Shown: positions 42,591 through 53,703, counted from the stretch's first letter. The stretch is DNA of 64,000 bases from an uncultured Candidatus Saccharibacteria bacterium (GCA_964356915.1 CAYHJF010000001.1:4664-68663), one strand, 5' to 3'. A program made the numbers and translations. Notes: generated by a model not told the origin, from the letters alone.

Positions 42591-44309
42591 TCATACTATC
42601 ACTTCGAAAAGTTCATCAAGGCCAATCTTTCCCGTAAGCACCTTCATCATACCATCTTGGCGCATAGTAATCATACCCTGACGCCGTGCTTCGGCCATAA
42701 TCTTTGACTCATTAGGACCCTCAAGAATAATCTTCTCAAGCTCCGGCGTCATTTTGAGCACTTCGCATACGGCCATACGACCCCGCGTGCCCTTGGGACA
42801 GGTACCGGATGGCAATGCCTCATAAATTACTGGGGGCGCCTGAAGACCATGCCTCACATCGTCCGGCATATTATCAAGCTCGGTTTTCAATTTTTCGGCT
42901 ACCGTACCGATAACTGGGATTTCTTTACGCGATTCCGGGCATAGCGTCCGTGGCAAGCGCTGCGCCATAGCAACAACCAATGTTGAAGGGATCAAAAACG
43001 GATCGATACCCATATCAATAAGACGCGGTATAACACCAATCGCATCATTTGTGTGAAGTGTGGAAAGAACAAGATGACCCGTCAGAGACGCGTGCACAGC
43101 GAGCTGGGCAGTTTCGCGATCACGAATTTCTCCGACCATAATCACATCTGGGTCTTGACGCAAGACGCTTCGCAGACCAGAAGCAAACGTATAGTCAATC
43201 TCCGGACGAACTTGTGATTGATTGAGACCTTCCAAATAATACTCAATCGGATCCTCAAGACTCACAATGTTGCGTTTTTCATCGTTCAGCACCTTAAGCA
43301 TTGCATATAGTGTTGTTGATTTACCCGAACCCGTAGGACCCGTAATCAAAATCATACCGAACGGCCGCTTGAGACCTTCTTTGATAATGTCTAAGTTGCG
43401 TCCAACAATACCCAAGTCCTCGAAGGATTTAATACCTACGTTTGGATCAAGAATACGCATTACGACTTTCTCCCCAAAATATGTCGGAAACGTCGAAACA
43501 CGAAAATCAACATCTCGATTATCAATTCGTGCGCGAAAACGACCATCTTGCGGCTTCCGCTTCTCATCAATCTTGAGGTTTGTCATGATTTTAATGCGCG
43601 AAAGAATCGCCTCATGTACGTCCATCGGCAATAAAATACTTGTATAAAGTACGCCATCAACACGAAATCGAACGCGAAGCTGTTTATATGACGGTTCAAT
43701 ATGAACATCTGATGCCTTACCTTCGACGGCATGCTTTAAGATGACCGCAACCATCTTGGTGATCGGAGCGTCTTCCGAAAGAGATTCTACTGCGTCTGAA
43801 GCCTTGCCTTCTGTTGGGATACTTGCGAGATCCTCACGCAATACAGATTCAAGATCTCCCATCGCCTGCGATACCTCACTTCCGATACCCTGATACTCTT
43901 TGAGTACTGTATTAAAATCGGCGCGAGATATCAGAAATATCTTCGCGGGCATATTTATCTTTGAAGAAATAAATTGCAATGCCTCTCGCGCCTCAAGATT
44001 TTCAGGAGCAACCATGCCAACAGCAAGCACGCCATCCTCCACGGCAAGCGGAACCATTTGATAATGCCGTGCTGATTCCTCTGCAATAAATTTTAACGCA
44101 TCAAAAGATACGCGCTCGCCACCAAGTCCGCGAAGCGGTACACCCAAAAGAGTCGATTTTGCATCTAAAATCGACTTCTCTGGTATACGACGCTCGAGGA
44201 GAACGGTCTCTGGATCTTTGCGTGTCGCTCGAATATCGCTTTTGATCCGATCGCCCTCCGCTTCGTCGATTACACCTTGTGCAACGAGTAAATCAACGAT
44301 GGATCGCAT
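42591..44309 (-). CDS. pilB: Pilus assembly ATPase
   Basis: ASDVHIEP, RKPQDGR, GPTGSGKSTT, LRQDPD. Confidence 0.93.
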   Translation of the reverse strand: MRSIVDLLVAQGVIDEAEGDRIKSDIRATRKDPETVLLERRIPEKSILDAKSTLLGVPLRGLGGERVSFDALKFIAEESARHYQMVPLAVEDGVLAVGMVAPENLEAREALQFISSKINMPAKIFLISRADFNTVLKEYQGIGSEVSQAMGDLESVLREDLASIPTEGKASDAVESLSEDAPITKMVAVILKHAVEGKASDVHIEPSYKQLRVRFRVDGVLYTSILLPMDVHEAILSRIKIMTNLKIDEKRKPQDGRFRARIDNRDVDFRVSTFPTYFGEKVVMRILDPNVGIKSFEDLGIVGRNLDIIKEGLKRPFGMILITGPTGSGKSTTLYAMLKVLNDEKRNIVSLEDPIEYYLEGLNQSQVRPEIDYTFASGLRSVLRQDPDVIMVGEIRDRETAQLAVHASLTGHLVLSTLHTNDAIGVIPRLIDMGIDPFLIPSTLVVAMAQRLPRTLCPESRKEIPVIGTVAEKLKTELDNMPDDVRHGLQAPPVIYEALPSGTCPKGTRGRMAVCEVLKMTPELEKIILEGPNESKIMAEARRQGMITMRQDGMMKVLTGKIGLDELFEVIV

Positions 44310-44315
44310 ATATCA

Positions 44316-44666
44316 TCAGCGTTTATTTCCCTCCTTTGCTCTTGTTGGTTTCAGTAAGTTCTCAAGAGTTCTCCCCCGTATAGGCTGTACCTGTGGAATA
44401 TCAATAGGAGTTTCTTGAAGTGCGGTGAACTTTGGATTTTCAAAAAATTGCGTATCGAGATTGATTGTCCCTACGCGTACCACGGCCGCCAAAATTTTCT
44501 GCACTCTTTCATTTTTTGCGCCCGTAGAATTTGTTGGGAGAGCTACAGCGCCTTGATCGGATGAGTCAGAATTATTTAAAAAGAAAAACCATGCGCCAGC
44601 AAGTGCAAGCGTCAGTATTAATACACCTATTAAGATTGTTTGTCGTTGTTTGTTATTTGCCGCCAT
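44316..44666 (-). CDS. Membrane-anchored pilus-locus protein (PilP position)
   Basis: One N-terminal TM; lies between pilO and pilB. Confidence 0.65.
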   Translation of the reverse strand: MAANNKQRQTILIGVLILTLALAGAWFFFLNNSDSSDQGAVALPTNSTGAKNERVQKILAAVVRVGTINLDTQFFENPKFTALQETPIDIPQVQPIRGRTLENLLKPTRAKEGNKR

Positions 44667-45174
44667 AGTACATAAGTCCTTGCATATTAACATCAAAGCC
44701 CCCGTCTGGCTTTGCTACAACATCAATCGCCGTTATATCCATCAATCGAATATTGTTTTCTACTGTATTCAAAAAAACACGAACATTACTATAGGGTCCG
44801 GAAACGCTCACCCGAAACTGCATCGCTTTTCGATCCGGTGTCTTCGCCGCCCCACTATCAGGCGTGAGTGCCAGCGTCTTCATACCCATGCCCGTTCGAC
44901 GCGCGATTTCTTCAAAAAATACGTATACTTCTTCTTGAGAAATGCTCGTAGGGAACATCTTATCAAGTCTCCGTAACGCGTTTGCATCAACAGCGTTGAA
45001 CCGATCAACAAGCTTATCTCGCTGATCACGGACTTCTTCGATGCGCGTTCGTACATTATCAACTTCCGCGATCTGTGCGCGCAATTCAGCAATACGATTC
45101 CACGCAGGTAATGCAATAAAATATACTCCGCATGCCGCCCCAATCAATAGCAGTAGTAAAATCAAATTCTTCAT
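44653..45174 (-). CDS. pilO: PilO-like alignment protein
   Basis: TM, coiled coil, VSGPYSNVRVFLNTVENNIRL. Confidence 0.8.
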   Translation of the reverse strand: MKNLILLLLLIGAACGVYFIALPAWNRIAELRAQIAEVDNVRTRIEEVRDQRDKLVDRFNAVDANALRRLDKMFPTSISQEEVYVFFEEIARRTGMGMKTLALTPDSGAAKTPDRKAMQFRVSVSGPYSNVRVFLNTVENNIRLMDITAIDVVAKPDGGFDVNMQGLMYYGGK

Positions 45175-45824
45175 AGAACGCTTCTCGTAGATGTGCTCGT
45201 AAGAGCTGACGACGTTGCGGTTATAGTGGATACGGGAGGAGCAACAATTGCTGAGCGAGATGATGGTTTTGTACGCAAAAACTCTGGGCTCACTGTCATT
45301 TCAATATCAAATGATATGCCTCCTGTCGCCTGCAATAACGGATTAGTGAATGTCAGCGCCGCGATATCCTTGTTTGCTCGATACTGTCTCACTTGCTGCG
45401 CCATAGGTACATATCCGCTTGTTTCTACCTGCAATTTAATTTTACCTCCTTCAAGAAACGCAAAATTCTTCAACGTCGTCGAATCGAGCGTATTGTCTTC
45501 CACAATATTAAAAGACTGACTTCCGTACACGTGGTCATTAAGTATTTTCTCAGCAAGCTGAATGCGCTGTTGTAGCTTTTGCGCCTGCTCGATCGAGCTC
45601 AGCTCAAGATCTGACTCGAGCTGATTAAGTTCTGCATCAATATTACCCGCCTCTTCTTCAAGCTGGCGCCTGAATACTTCCAAACCAGCAGTCGCCACAC
45701 CCACCAAAATTACAATCACCAATACAACCGCAGCAAAAACACCTGACCCGCGACGTGAAGTCACTGATGGTGGAGGAGCAACGGGGATATGAGTGATAAA
45801 TTGCGTTTGCGCCATTGTAATCAC
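45171..45824 (-). CDS. PilN-like alignment protein
   Basis: TM plus coiled coil; lies between pilM and pilO. Confidence 0.7.
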   Translation of the reverse strand: MITMAQTQFITHIPVAPPPSVTSRRGSGVFAAVVLVIVILVGVATAGLEVFRRQLEEEAGNIDAELNQLESDLELSSIEQAQKLQQRIQLAEKILNDHVYGSQSFNIVEDNTLDSTTLKNFAFLEGGKIKLQVETSGYVPMAQQVRQYRANKDIAALTFTNPLLQATGGISFDIEMTVSPEFLRTKPSSRSAIVAPPVSTITATSSALTSTSTRSVL

Positions 45825-46927
45825 TGATCATGCAAACCCCACAACGTAAGGCTTGCGGAAACTCCAAAGATTGGAGAAATTGACTTTAACTTTTGCTGTA
45901 AAAAAACAGGGTATTCAAATTGATTAAACGGATTGGCGAGCAGCACCTCGATACCAAGACGCTCGATCGCATAATCCAGTAACCCGGGCATCAAACTCCC
46001 ACCTCCTAATAATACCGCTTTATCGATAACTTTGCCTGTTTTTCGGCGATAGTCTGATCGCAAGCGATCTACCTCATCAAAAATAGCATCGAGTAAAGGA
46101 GAAATTGTATGCCGAATTCCTGCTGCCTCAGGTCTCTGTACCATACCAAGCTCTTGCTTCATTGTTTCGGCTCGTTTGAAATCAACACCTAACGACTGTG
46201 AAATAGCGATAGAAAGCTGTTGGGAAGCCCGATCAACGTTATGGACAGCTCGCACGACACCCGAATCTACAATAGAAATTTTTGTTGATACGGCTCCGAT
46301 ATCAATACAGACATGCACCTGATGGAGACGTGTACCTGAAAGTCGAGAAGACGCGAACACCTCTACTTGAGAACCTGCGTACTCAAGCCCTGCGCCCTCA
46401 ATAATGCGATGATATTTTTCTCCGATCTCGCGCTGAACTGCTACAAGCAATACGGTCGTCTTTGGCTTTTGCTGGTTTTCTCCCCCCTCTTCTGTCTGGA
46501 TGCGTGACCAAGAAAGCGCTACTTCCGCTATAGGTATAGGTATATAGCGACGAGCCTCATAAGGGACAGCTTCGGCCAAATCTTTGTCCGAAAGCTCAGG
46601 CATGTCCATAACGGTAATAAAACTGTACCGAAGCGGCACTGAAACAATCGCACGCTTTGCTGTTACGCCGGCTTCTTTGCGTAAATCAACAATCATCTCT
46701 GATACTTTTTCATCCATCAACAACGCCGCGCGACCAGCCTCTCCACTACCATACGCGGCTGTGGATAACTCTCCATATGTTTCTAAGACTGCACGTTCTT
46801 TTTCTTTACGTGCCTGAACAATCTTAAGAGATGAGGTACCAATATCAACCCCAAGAATACTCTTGTCTTTTTCAAAGAACCTAAAAATACTCTTCGGATT
46901 CAGATTATTCGAGGAAAGTATGTTCAT
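45821..46927 (-). CDS. pilM: Type IV pilus assembly protein PilM
   Basis: GVDIGTSSLK, EARRYIP, IDIGA, LLGGGS..PGL, ANPF. Confidence 0.92.
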   Translation of the reverse strand: MNILSSNNLNPKSIFRFFEKDKSILGVDIGTSSLKIVQARKEKERAVLETYGELSTAAYGSGEAGRAALLMDEKVSEMIVDLRKEAGVTAKRAIVSVPLRYSFITVMDMPELSDKDLAEAVPYEARRYIPIPIAEVALSWSRIQTEEGGENQQKPKTTVLLVAVQREIGEKYHRIIEGAGLEYAGSQVEVFASSRLSGTRLHQVHVCIDIGAVSTKISIVDSGVVRAVHNVDRASQQLSIAISQSLGVDFKRAETMKQELGMVQRPEAAGIRHTISPLLDAIFDEVDRLRSDYRRKTGKVIDKAVLLGGGSLMPGLLDYAIERLGIEVLLANPFNQFEYPVFLQQKLKSISPIFGVSASLTLWGLHDQ

Positions 46928-47007
46928 GCAGCGTACAAACAAAACCCCGTTCGACTCCTACGAACGCTCAAGGTATGGTTACATCATAGCATAATCAACC
47001 TATTGCA

Positions 47008-47685
47008 GTGATTGAACGAGTTATCCACACGATTTTCGAAATAATTTTTCCTCCTCGCTGCTTTGGCTGCGGACAAAATGGAGCCTTCGCATGCGTATCG
47101 TGTCTCAAAACTGCCCGGTCGTCCTCCGCTCATTGTCTTTTTTGTAAAAAACCTGCCCAGCTCAATATATGCGCACACTGCTCCGAGCTCTACATGCTCG
47201 ATGGTATCGTATGGCCATTTCAATACCAAACACCCATCATCAAAACTGCTCTTAAAAATTTAAAATACAAAGGAAGACGAAATATAATACTTCCGTTCAC
47301 AGACTTTTTAAGAGAGTCCGCATCGGTCTTTATGCTCCCAAGTGATGCGCTCGTCATACCAATCCCTCTTTACCCGATACGTGAACGTGAGCGAGGATTT
47401 AATCAATCCTCCATGCTTGCTCACGCCGCATTCCCTATACCAACAAACTCAAACGTACTTATTCGTATCCGCTCGACCCCTCCTCAGGCACGCTCGCAAT
47501 CTCGAAAAGAACGCTTCGAGCATATGCGTGATGCATTTTTTGTACGCACCCCTGAAATGATATCCGGCAAAGTGATTCTACTTATTGATGATGTCGTCAC
47601 TACAGGAGCAACCCTCTCTACGGCGGCAATAACGCTTAAAAAAGCTGGAGCGGCCAAAGTTTTTGCCGCAACTATCGCCCACTAA
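47008..47685 (+). CDS. comF: ComF/ComFC competence protein (zinc ribbon plus PRTase)
   Basis: FPPRC..C, RGFNQS, LLIDDVVTTGAT. Confidence 0.92.
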   Translation: MIERVIHTIFEIIFPPRCFGCGQNGAFACVSCLKTARSSSAHCLFCKKPAQLNICAHCSELYMLDGIVWPFQYQTPIIKTALKNLKYKGRRNIILPFTDFLRESASVFMLPSDALVIPIPLYPIRERERGFNQSSMLAHAAFPIPTNSNVLIRIRSTPPQARSQSRKERFEHMRDAFFVRTPEMISGKVILLIDDVVTTGATLSTAAITLKKAGAAKVFAATIAH

Positions 47686-47759
47686 CCCTCAAGAAAAAGT
47701 TGTGGTAGGATTGGAACACAAAATATTAAAAGGATAGCTTTGCTAGACTTTAAATTACT

Positions 47760-47847
47760 GGAGAGGTGGCTGAGTGGCCGAAAGCGCCTCACTGCTAACG
47801 AGGTAGGGGTTAATAGCCCCTCGCGGGTTCGAATCCCGCCCTCTCCG
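47760..47847 (+). tRNA. tRNA-Ser(GCT)
   Basis: GGAGAGG/CCTCTCC acceptor stem, loop CTGCTAA, long variable arm. Confidence 0.95.
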
Positions 47848-47963
47848 CACTTGTGTAATAAAAAACGCCTTTGTGGCGTTTTTTATTTATATGGATATAT
47901 CTTCAGTTGCTATCTTATACTAAGGTCCCTTTGATATACTGGAATGATTAAAAACAAAATCCC

Positions 47964-48363
47964 ATGTCTTTTCTACTCATCTTTATCCTACCTATCGGAA
48001 TTATTTTCGGAGTTTTGATATTTCTAAAAAAAGCTGTTGAAAGGCTAGAAAAGCACTCTAACTTCTTTCTACGTAGCATCCCCCCTACTCTTACTCCTTT
48101 TGATCTATGGCGGATATTTCTTTTATGAAGGCAACTTATACGCGCCACGCATTCTTCGATCCAATTGTGGGACGGCAGATATTCGAATAGACCTCTTTTT
48201 CATCCTCCTAATGCTACTTTCTTTTACAAACATTCTTCTGAGCCCCTATATCAAGCGCCCAGTGATTCGATGGTTCACCGTTACCGTAGGTACGATAGTA
48301 TTTATAATTTTTGCACTTACTTTTGCTTGCCTAATCTGCTCTACAATTCTATCCATGTTTTAA
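47964..48363 (+). pseudogene. Membrane protein gene apparently frameshifted at a C6 run
   Basis: MSFLLIFILPIG...LRSIP continues as LLLLLLIYGGYFF in the +1 frame at 48080-48085. Confidence 0.5.
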
Positions 48364-48444
48364 TCTTAAAGAAAAGTTCTTGACTATTAGGTATCTTGCC
48401 CCGTCTCTCCTCTCACTATTTAGAAAAGTGGTATACTAAATGCA

Positions 48445-48993
48445 ATGCCATCACTTGAAACATTTCGCCCCCTACCTAAGGCGGAACCAAAACAAAAAAA
48501 GAGTAGACAAAAAGAGGACGAGCCTCTTGTCGCACCAGATATACTTTCGTGGAAAACTGCGGAATACGATTTCCGGGAAAAGGGTGCTGATTGGTATTGG
48601 GTAATTGTTATTATTGCAGGAGCACTTATCATCGCCTCATTCTTCCTTCGTAACTTTCTTTTTGGCGTGCTCGTCTTTTTTGGAACATTTGCCCTTATGA
48701 TGCAAGGATCTCGCCGCCCGCGCACAATCACCGTGCGCCTCGCGGGAGATGGCATTCATGTCGATGATCGACTGTTCCCATATGACACGCTTGAATCATT
48801 TTGGATTTTTTATGAGCCGGGTAGACACAAAGAACTCAGCATATTGTCAAGGCACACCATTCTTGGTAATATAAAAATCCCTTTGGGGACAACACACCCA
48901 GGTGAAGTGCGCGACTTTCTCAAGCGTTTTGTGCAAGAGAAGCGTCAAGAAGAATCATTCACAAGCATCGTCGCGGACTGGATCGGATTGTAA
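48445..48993 (+). CDS. Hypothetical two-TM membrane protein
   Basis: SWKTAEY..KGADWY, two TM helices, soluble C-terminal domain. Confidence 0.75.
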   Translation: MPSLETFRPLPKAEPKQKKSRQKEDEPLVAPDILSWKTAEYDFREKGADWYWVIVIIAGALIIASFFLRNFLFGVLVFFGTFALMMQGSRRPRTITVRLAGDGIHVDDRLFPYDTLESFWIFYEPGRHKELSILSRHTILGNIKIPLGTTHPGEVRDFLKRFVQEKRQEESFTSIVADWIGL

Positions 48994-48997
48994 ATCT

Positions 48998-49069
48998 GCC
49001 CTCGTCGTTCAACGGATAGGACACAAGATTGCGGATCTTGTAATTGAGGTTCGATTCCTCACGAGGGCA
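48998..49069 (+). tRNA. tRNA-Arg(GCG)
   Basis: GCCCTCG/CGAGGGC acceptor stem, CAAGA-TTGCGGA-TCTTG anticodon arm. Confidence 0.93.
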
Positions 49070-49138
49070 CAACTATTCAAAAATCATCAGCTTGTCTGAT
49101 GATTTTTGTTTTTCTCCTATACCCAATATAATCTCTGC

Positions 49139-51268
49139 ATGGCCGATGTTACTCTCGCGACTGAGCTTTCTACTCTCTTTCGATTCAAGGACAACCAAAA
49201 ACAAGCTCTCAAAAAACTTAGTCTCACGACCGTAGACGATCTTTTGCGTTACATCCCCTTTCGCTATGTCCCGCGGGGATCTCTTCGCGCAATTGGCGAA
49301 ATTAGGGCGGGAGAATTTGCTACCGTTGAGGGCAAAATTGGAAAATTAGATTATGAAAAAACGTGGCGCAAAAAAATGAATATTGCAAAAGCGGAGCTCG
49401 CCGATGACACAGGCAAACTTGGGCTCGTCTGGTTTCATCAACCATACGTTGCTCGTATCCTCATAGATGGTGAACTTGTACGAGCCCACGGTAAAGTATC
49501 AGAAAAAAATGGACGACTCTCTATATCAAACCCAATCTTTGAAAAGATAGATCGACTCTCATTTCGCAACGCTAAAGACGCTTCTCTCATCCCTGTCTAC
49601 CCAGGCGTACGTGGACTTTCATCTCGGTGGTTTCAATTTCATCTTCAAAAAATTTTTGCCACACTCCCAAAGACAGCCTACGAAGACCAGATCCCGCAAG
49701 CCGTACGTGACAAATATCACTTGCCGGACTTAGCAAGTACAATTCGCGCGATTCATTTTCCAAAAAATGAAAAAGAGGTTGAGGCAGCAAAGAAACGTCT
49801 CGCTTTCGAAGAAATATTTATTATACAACTCGCACGTATGCGCGAGCGACTTGAACTTGAAGAACAGTCTGCCATTGCCGTCGAAACTGATAAACGAGTA
49901 CTCAAGGCGTTTCTTCAACAACTTCCTTTTACACTAACAAAAACGCAAACTCAGATCCTCGACTCTATTCTTTCTGATATCTCACGCCCCATCCCCATGG
50001 CACGCCTCCTCGAGGGTGACGTGGGATCAGGTAAAACAATTATTGCTGCGGCTTCTGCGTCACTCGTCGCGCACGCAGGATATCAAATAACCTATATGGC
50101 TCCGACTGAGATTCTTGCGCGCCAACACTTTGAAACATTTATTAAATTTTTGGGTAACTCCGTAGGCAAAATTGGTCTCATTACTTCAAGCGAAGCCCGC
50201 GTATATCCATCAAAAGCATTTCGAGGTCAGTCGGCGCATATTCCAAAATCTCAAGTCGCACGGTGGGTTGAGTCAGGAGAGATTAAAGTTCTCATCGGCA
50301 CACATGCGCTCTTGTCAGAAAAAATAAAGTTTCGAAACCTTGCCTTTATTGTAGTTGATGAACAACATCGCTTTGGCGTCGCGCAGCGTCGTACACTGGC
50401 AAAACGATCTTCAAAAGATCACTCCCAAATCCCTCACTTTCTCTCCATGACCGCGACACCCATCCCGCGCACACTCGCGCTCACTATATATGGAGATCTC
50501 GATCTTTCCGTGCTCGATGAAACGCCTCCCGGCAAAGCAGCAATCGAAACTCAGATATTTATCAAACCTAAAATACGTGCGTGGGAATCAATCCGAAAAG
50601 AACTCGAAAAAGGCCGCCAAGCATTCATTGTATGTCCTCGTATTAATACGGATGAAGATGATGAAACGGGGCGCAAAAAACAAAAATCCGTAAAAGATGT
50701 TTTCGCCGAAATTTCAAAAACAATATTTCCAACTTTCAAATCAGCAATGCTCCATGGCAAGATGACGCCGCGAGAAAAAGATGAAACGATGAATAAATTT
50801 CGCGATCATAAGATCGATATTCTTATCGCAACATCACTCATCGAAGTCGGCATCGATATCCCCAACGCAACAATTATGGTCGTCGAGGGAGCTGATCGAT
50901 TTGGACTCGCGCAACTCCATCAACTTCGCGGGCGCATCGGACGAGGTCAACACCACTCGTACTTCATCGCCGTCACTGATTCAAGTTCACCAAAAACCGC
51001 CGATCGCCTTCGAGCACTTGAGCACGCAGCAAACGGTTTTGAACTCGCGGAACAAGATTTACAGCTTCGGGGTACCGGAGAGCTCACCGGCAAAAATCAG
51101 TGGGGACTTTCTGATATTGGAATGGAAGCTCTGAAAAATATTAAAATGGTAGAAGCCGCCCGCACAGAAGCTCGTGCGATTTTGAGTGAGGGTCGCGATC
51201 TAGTATTATATCCTCTCCTACAAGAAGCGCTCGCTCGACTTGGCGACTCAGCGTTTCATTTTGAGTAA
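49139..51268 (+). CDS. recG: ATP-dependent DNA helicase RecG
   Basis: GDVGSGKT, DEQHRFG, MTATPIPRTL, QLHQLRGRIGRG. Confidence 0.97.
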   Translation: MADVTLATELSTLFRFKDNQKQALKKLSLTTVDDLLRYIPFRYVPRGSLRAIGEIRAGEFATVEGKIGKLDYEKTWRKKMNIAKAELADDTGKLGLVWFHQPYVARILIDGELVRAHGKVSEKNGRLSISNPIFEKIDRLSFRNAKDASLIPVYPGVRGLSSRWFQFHLQKIFATLPKTAYEDQIPQAVRDKYHLPDLASTIRAIHFPKNEKEVEAAKKRLAFEEIFIIQLARMRERLELEEQSAIAVETDKRVLKAFLQQLPFTLTKTQTQILDSILSDISRPIPMARLLEGDVGSGKTIIAAASASLVAHAGYQITYMAPTEILARQHFETFIKFLGNSVGKIGLITSSEARVYPSKAFRGQSAHIPKSQVARWVESGEIKVLIGTHALLSEKIKFRNLAFIVVDEQHRFGVAQRRTLAKRSSKDHSQIPHFLSMTATPIPRTLALTIYGDLDLSVLDETPPGKAAIETQIFIKPKIRAWESIRKELEKGRQAFIVCPRINTDEDDETGRKKQKSVKDVFAEISKTIFPTFKSAMLHGKMTPREKDETMNKFRDHKIDILIATSLIEVGIDIPNATIMVVEGADRFGLAQLHQLRGRIGRGQHHSYFIAVTDSSSPKTADRLRALEHAANGFELAEQDLQLRGTGELTGKNQWGLSDIGMEALKNIKMVEAARTEARAILSEGRDLVLYPLLQEALARLGDSAFHFE

Positions 51269-51297
51269 ACACTTAAAATAAGATAATATTTAACTAT

Positions 51298-51837
51298 ATG
51301 AGAATTGTCTGGCTCTTTTTCTTTTTAACACTCGTGTTACCCCGAGGCTTTGCTTTTGCTGATATGGGAGAGCAAATGGAGGGACTTATAATTTTCTTAA
51401 CTATAGGCACATCGCTTCTTCTTTTCTTCCCAGTACTTATGGCAACATCCTTGGTCCATATCCTTAAAAGAATTTTCAACAAATCTTCGGCTTTTATTAT
51501 GATCTTGGGGATTGGCTTTTTCGTAGCAATATGTCTAAGACTATTCATCCTTGGCGAACCAGAACACGCTATCGATTTTCCAGATTTTCTTGAACTTATT
51601 CAATTTCAAGCTTTTTGGATTATTGCATACCTCCCTGTTGCAATCGTCGTAGCGTTCATTTTTACAGTGGAAAGGGTACCCGAATTAGAAAGAATATCAT
51701 ACAAAAAGCTTTTTCTGGAACAACTGGCTCTTGGAAGCGCGATAGCATTATCCTCTTTGCTGCTCTATACAATAATTGAAACAACGAATCTATGTGATGT
51801 TACAAGTCTTTGTAACAAATTCTTACTATTTATATAA
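51298..51837 (+). CDS. Hypothetical multi-TM membrane protein
   Basis: Hydrophobic 179-aa ORF; terminator-like hairpin near 51872-51907. Confidence 0.65.
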   Translation: MRIVWLFFFLTLVLPRGFAFADMGEQMEGLIIFLTIGTSLLLFFPVLMATSLVHILKRIFNKSSAFIMILGIGFFVAICLRLFILGEPEHAIDFPDFLELIQFQAFWIIAYLPVAIVVAFIFTVERVPELERISYKKLFLEQLALGSAIALSSLLLYTIIETTNLCDVTSLCNKFLLFI

Positions 51838-51905
51838 TAAAGAGCAACATACAACTCAGCATTTCATTTTGAATAAAAAAGCACCGAATGATGGTGCTTT
51901 TTTAT

Positions 51906-53465
51906 TTACACTATCTTACGATTCGAGATCGCGCTTGAACTTCTCATCTTCGGAGTTATCCAAAATCCCAACCGCCACTTACCTGAAATCATAAGTCGCG
52001 TTTGCGCCTCAAGCGCGGGAAATGCTCCGAAGAAAATAATCGTCAGCGGCATAAAAATCCATTGAAGCACCAACGAGGCCCGTTTTTTTGTATTATAATC
52101 ATCCTTTGTTTTTTGCAAAAGCGATTGCGCAATGATCGCTGACGTTACGATACCAAACATGGAAACGGTCATAATTGTCCGTGTAACTCGTGGCAACGAC
52201 CACGCAATAACTTGGCGTACAAACGTCCGTCCGCCCAAATACAATGGCAACCATCCGAGCGCAAACATAAGAAGTGCATTCGTAGACCATGACCAAAATC
52301 CTTCGAGCATACTAATGGTAAAACGAATTTTTTTACCAATCGGCACTTTGCGATTTTTAATAAACCCGAAAAGTACGTAGGGAACATTTTCTACTCCCCA
52401 CCCCCAGCGACGCTGCTGTTTATAAATGTTTTTTACTGTCTGCGTAAATGTCGGTGCCATATTGGCATCCATGGAAACAGGATACAGAAGCGGTACCGTC
52501 CGCCAATCACCGTCATAAAAAAGAAAATGATTCCAAAAAATACGCGAATCTTCGGAGACAATGTTTGTTTGCCAAAATCCTACATCGACAAGACTCTCAA
52601 ATGTCATCGAGTGAGAAGAAAATGTTGTAAGACGCTCAGGACGCTCTTGCTGCATCATCTGCCAAAATGTACCTGATGTCGCTACAACACGTGACAGCTG
52701 GCCTGCATCCCAAAGATTATTATGATAAAGCGGTACGGGCTGAAAGCTCGAACGATAAGGCTTCTCTGTGGTCAAAAAATGCCATGTAAGGCAAGTAAAA
52801 TAATGTGGGAAAAGACGCGTGTCCTCATCAAAGGAAGAAACAAGCACATCCTTATACGCGATCTGTTTTTGGTCGAGTAGTTTTTGTGCTTCGCGCGCCG
52901 CATACGTTTCATTCGAACCCTTCCCTCGCATCTCTCCTACAGTTCCAGCGGGATGATAGGTAATGAGAAACTCTCCGAAAGTGCGCGCAAAGAGTGAATA
53001 CATTTTCTCACCACTTGCATGCATCTCGAGCCCCTTATCTTCAAGCGCAAGCACCACAATCATCCGCTCTTTAGGCCACTGTGCCTCAGATAGTGAGCGC
53101 AGTGAGTCTTCGATAACATCAAAAGATTCCCCAGCACTCGGCACAATAACAAGTTGCCATACATGCTGCCATTGCATTTTCTCAAGCCGCGTTGCCCAAT
53201 TAACTTCTAAATGCTCCTGCATACGCTGCCAGCTTGAACGCAAATGAAATGAAAGATAAATCGTCTTAATGAGCCAGTAGAGATCGAAGACAATAATAAA
53301 CACTGCAACCCACGCAGGGCGCTTCCACGATAACAAAATAACTCCCACAATCGTGCCCCACGCAAGAAGCCCAGGCAACATTTCAAGGGCGCGATACAAA
53401 ATCCGATCTTTTCCTACAAGATCGGACGCACTCCCCGCATGAAGATATTCTTTCGGATATGACAT
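51906..53465 (-). CDS. Glycosyltransferase family 2 (processive type, membrane)
   Basis: GKGSN, FDED, SEDS, QQRRW; flanking TM helices. Confidence 0.88.
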   Translation of the reverse strand: MSYPKEYLHAGSASDLVGKDRILYRALEMLPGLLAWGTIVGVILLSWKRPAWVAVFIIVFDLYWLIKTIYLSFHLRSSWQRMQEHLEVNWATRLEKMQWQHVWQLVIVPSAGESFDVIEDSLRSLSEAQWPKERMIVVLALEDKGLEMHASGEKMYSLFARTFGEFLITYHPAGTVGEMRGKGSNETYAAREAQKLLDQKQIAYKDVLVSSFDEDTRLFPHYFTCLTWHFLTTEKPYRSSFQPVPLYHNNLWDAGQLSRVVATSGTFWQMMQQERPERLTTFSSHSMTFESLVDVGFWQTNIVSEDSRIFWNHFLFYDGDWRTVPLLYPVSMDANMAPTFTQTVKNIYKQQRRWGWGVENVPYVLFGFIKNRKVPIGKKIRFTISMLEGFWSWSTNALLMFALGWLPLYLGGRTFVRQVIAWSLPRVTRTIMTVSMFGIVTSAIIAQSLLQKTKDDYNTKKRASLVLQWIFMPLTIIFFGAFPALEAQTRLMISGKWRLGFWITPKMRSSSAISNRKIV

Positions 53466-53510
53466 AACAAGAAAAATGAGGCAGCCTTTATATAGTCAAC
53501 TGCCTCGAGA

Positions 53511-53675
53511 CTATACCGAGATTTGTAACCCATGAGTAGCCCATGCGCCATAGGTGCACTTACAAGCACTACAGGAAAACTCTGCGAATAAGCGCATCAC
53601 GCCATCGACAACACATCTTGTGACTTCAACGCGCAGGCCATGAATACATCTACCTACAAGAACCATGGATTCCAC
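53511..53675 (-). CDS. Putative 54-aa Cys/His-rich protein (not in the ORF track)
   Basis: GGAGG + 8 nt + GTG; MESMVLVGRCIHG...FSCSACKC. Confidence 0.4.
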   Translation of the reverse strand: MESMVLVGRCIHGLRVEVTRCVVDGVMRLFAEFSCSACKCTYGAWATHGLQISV

Positions 53676-53703
53676 GGTACATACCTCCTACCACAACCGT
53701 AAC

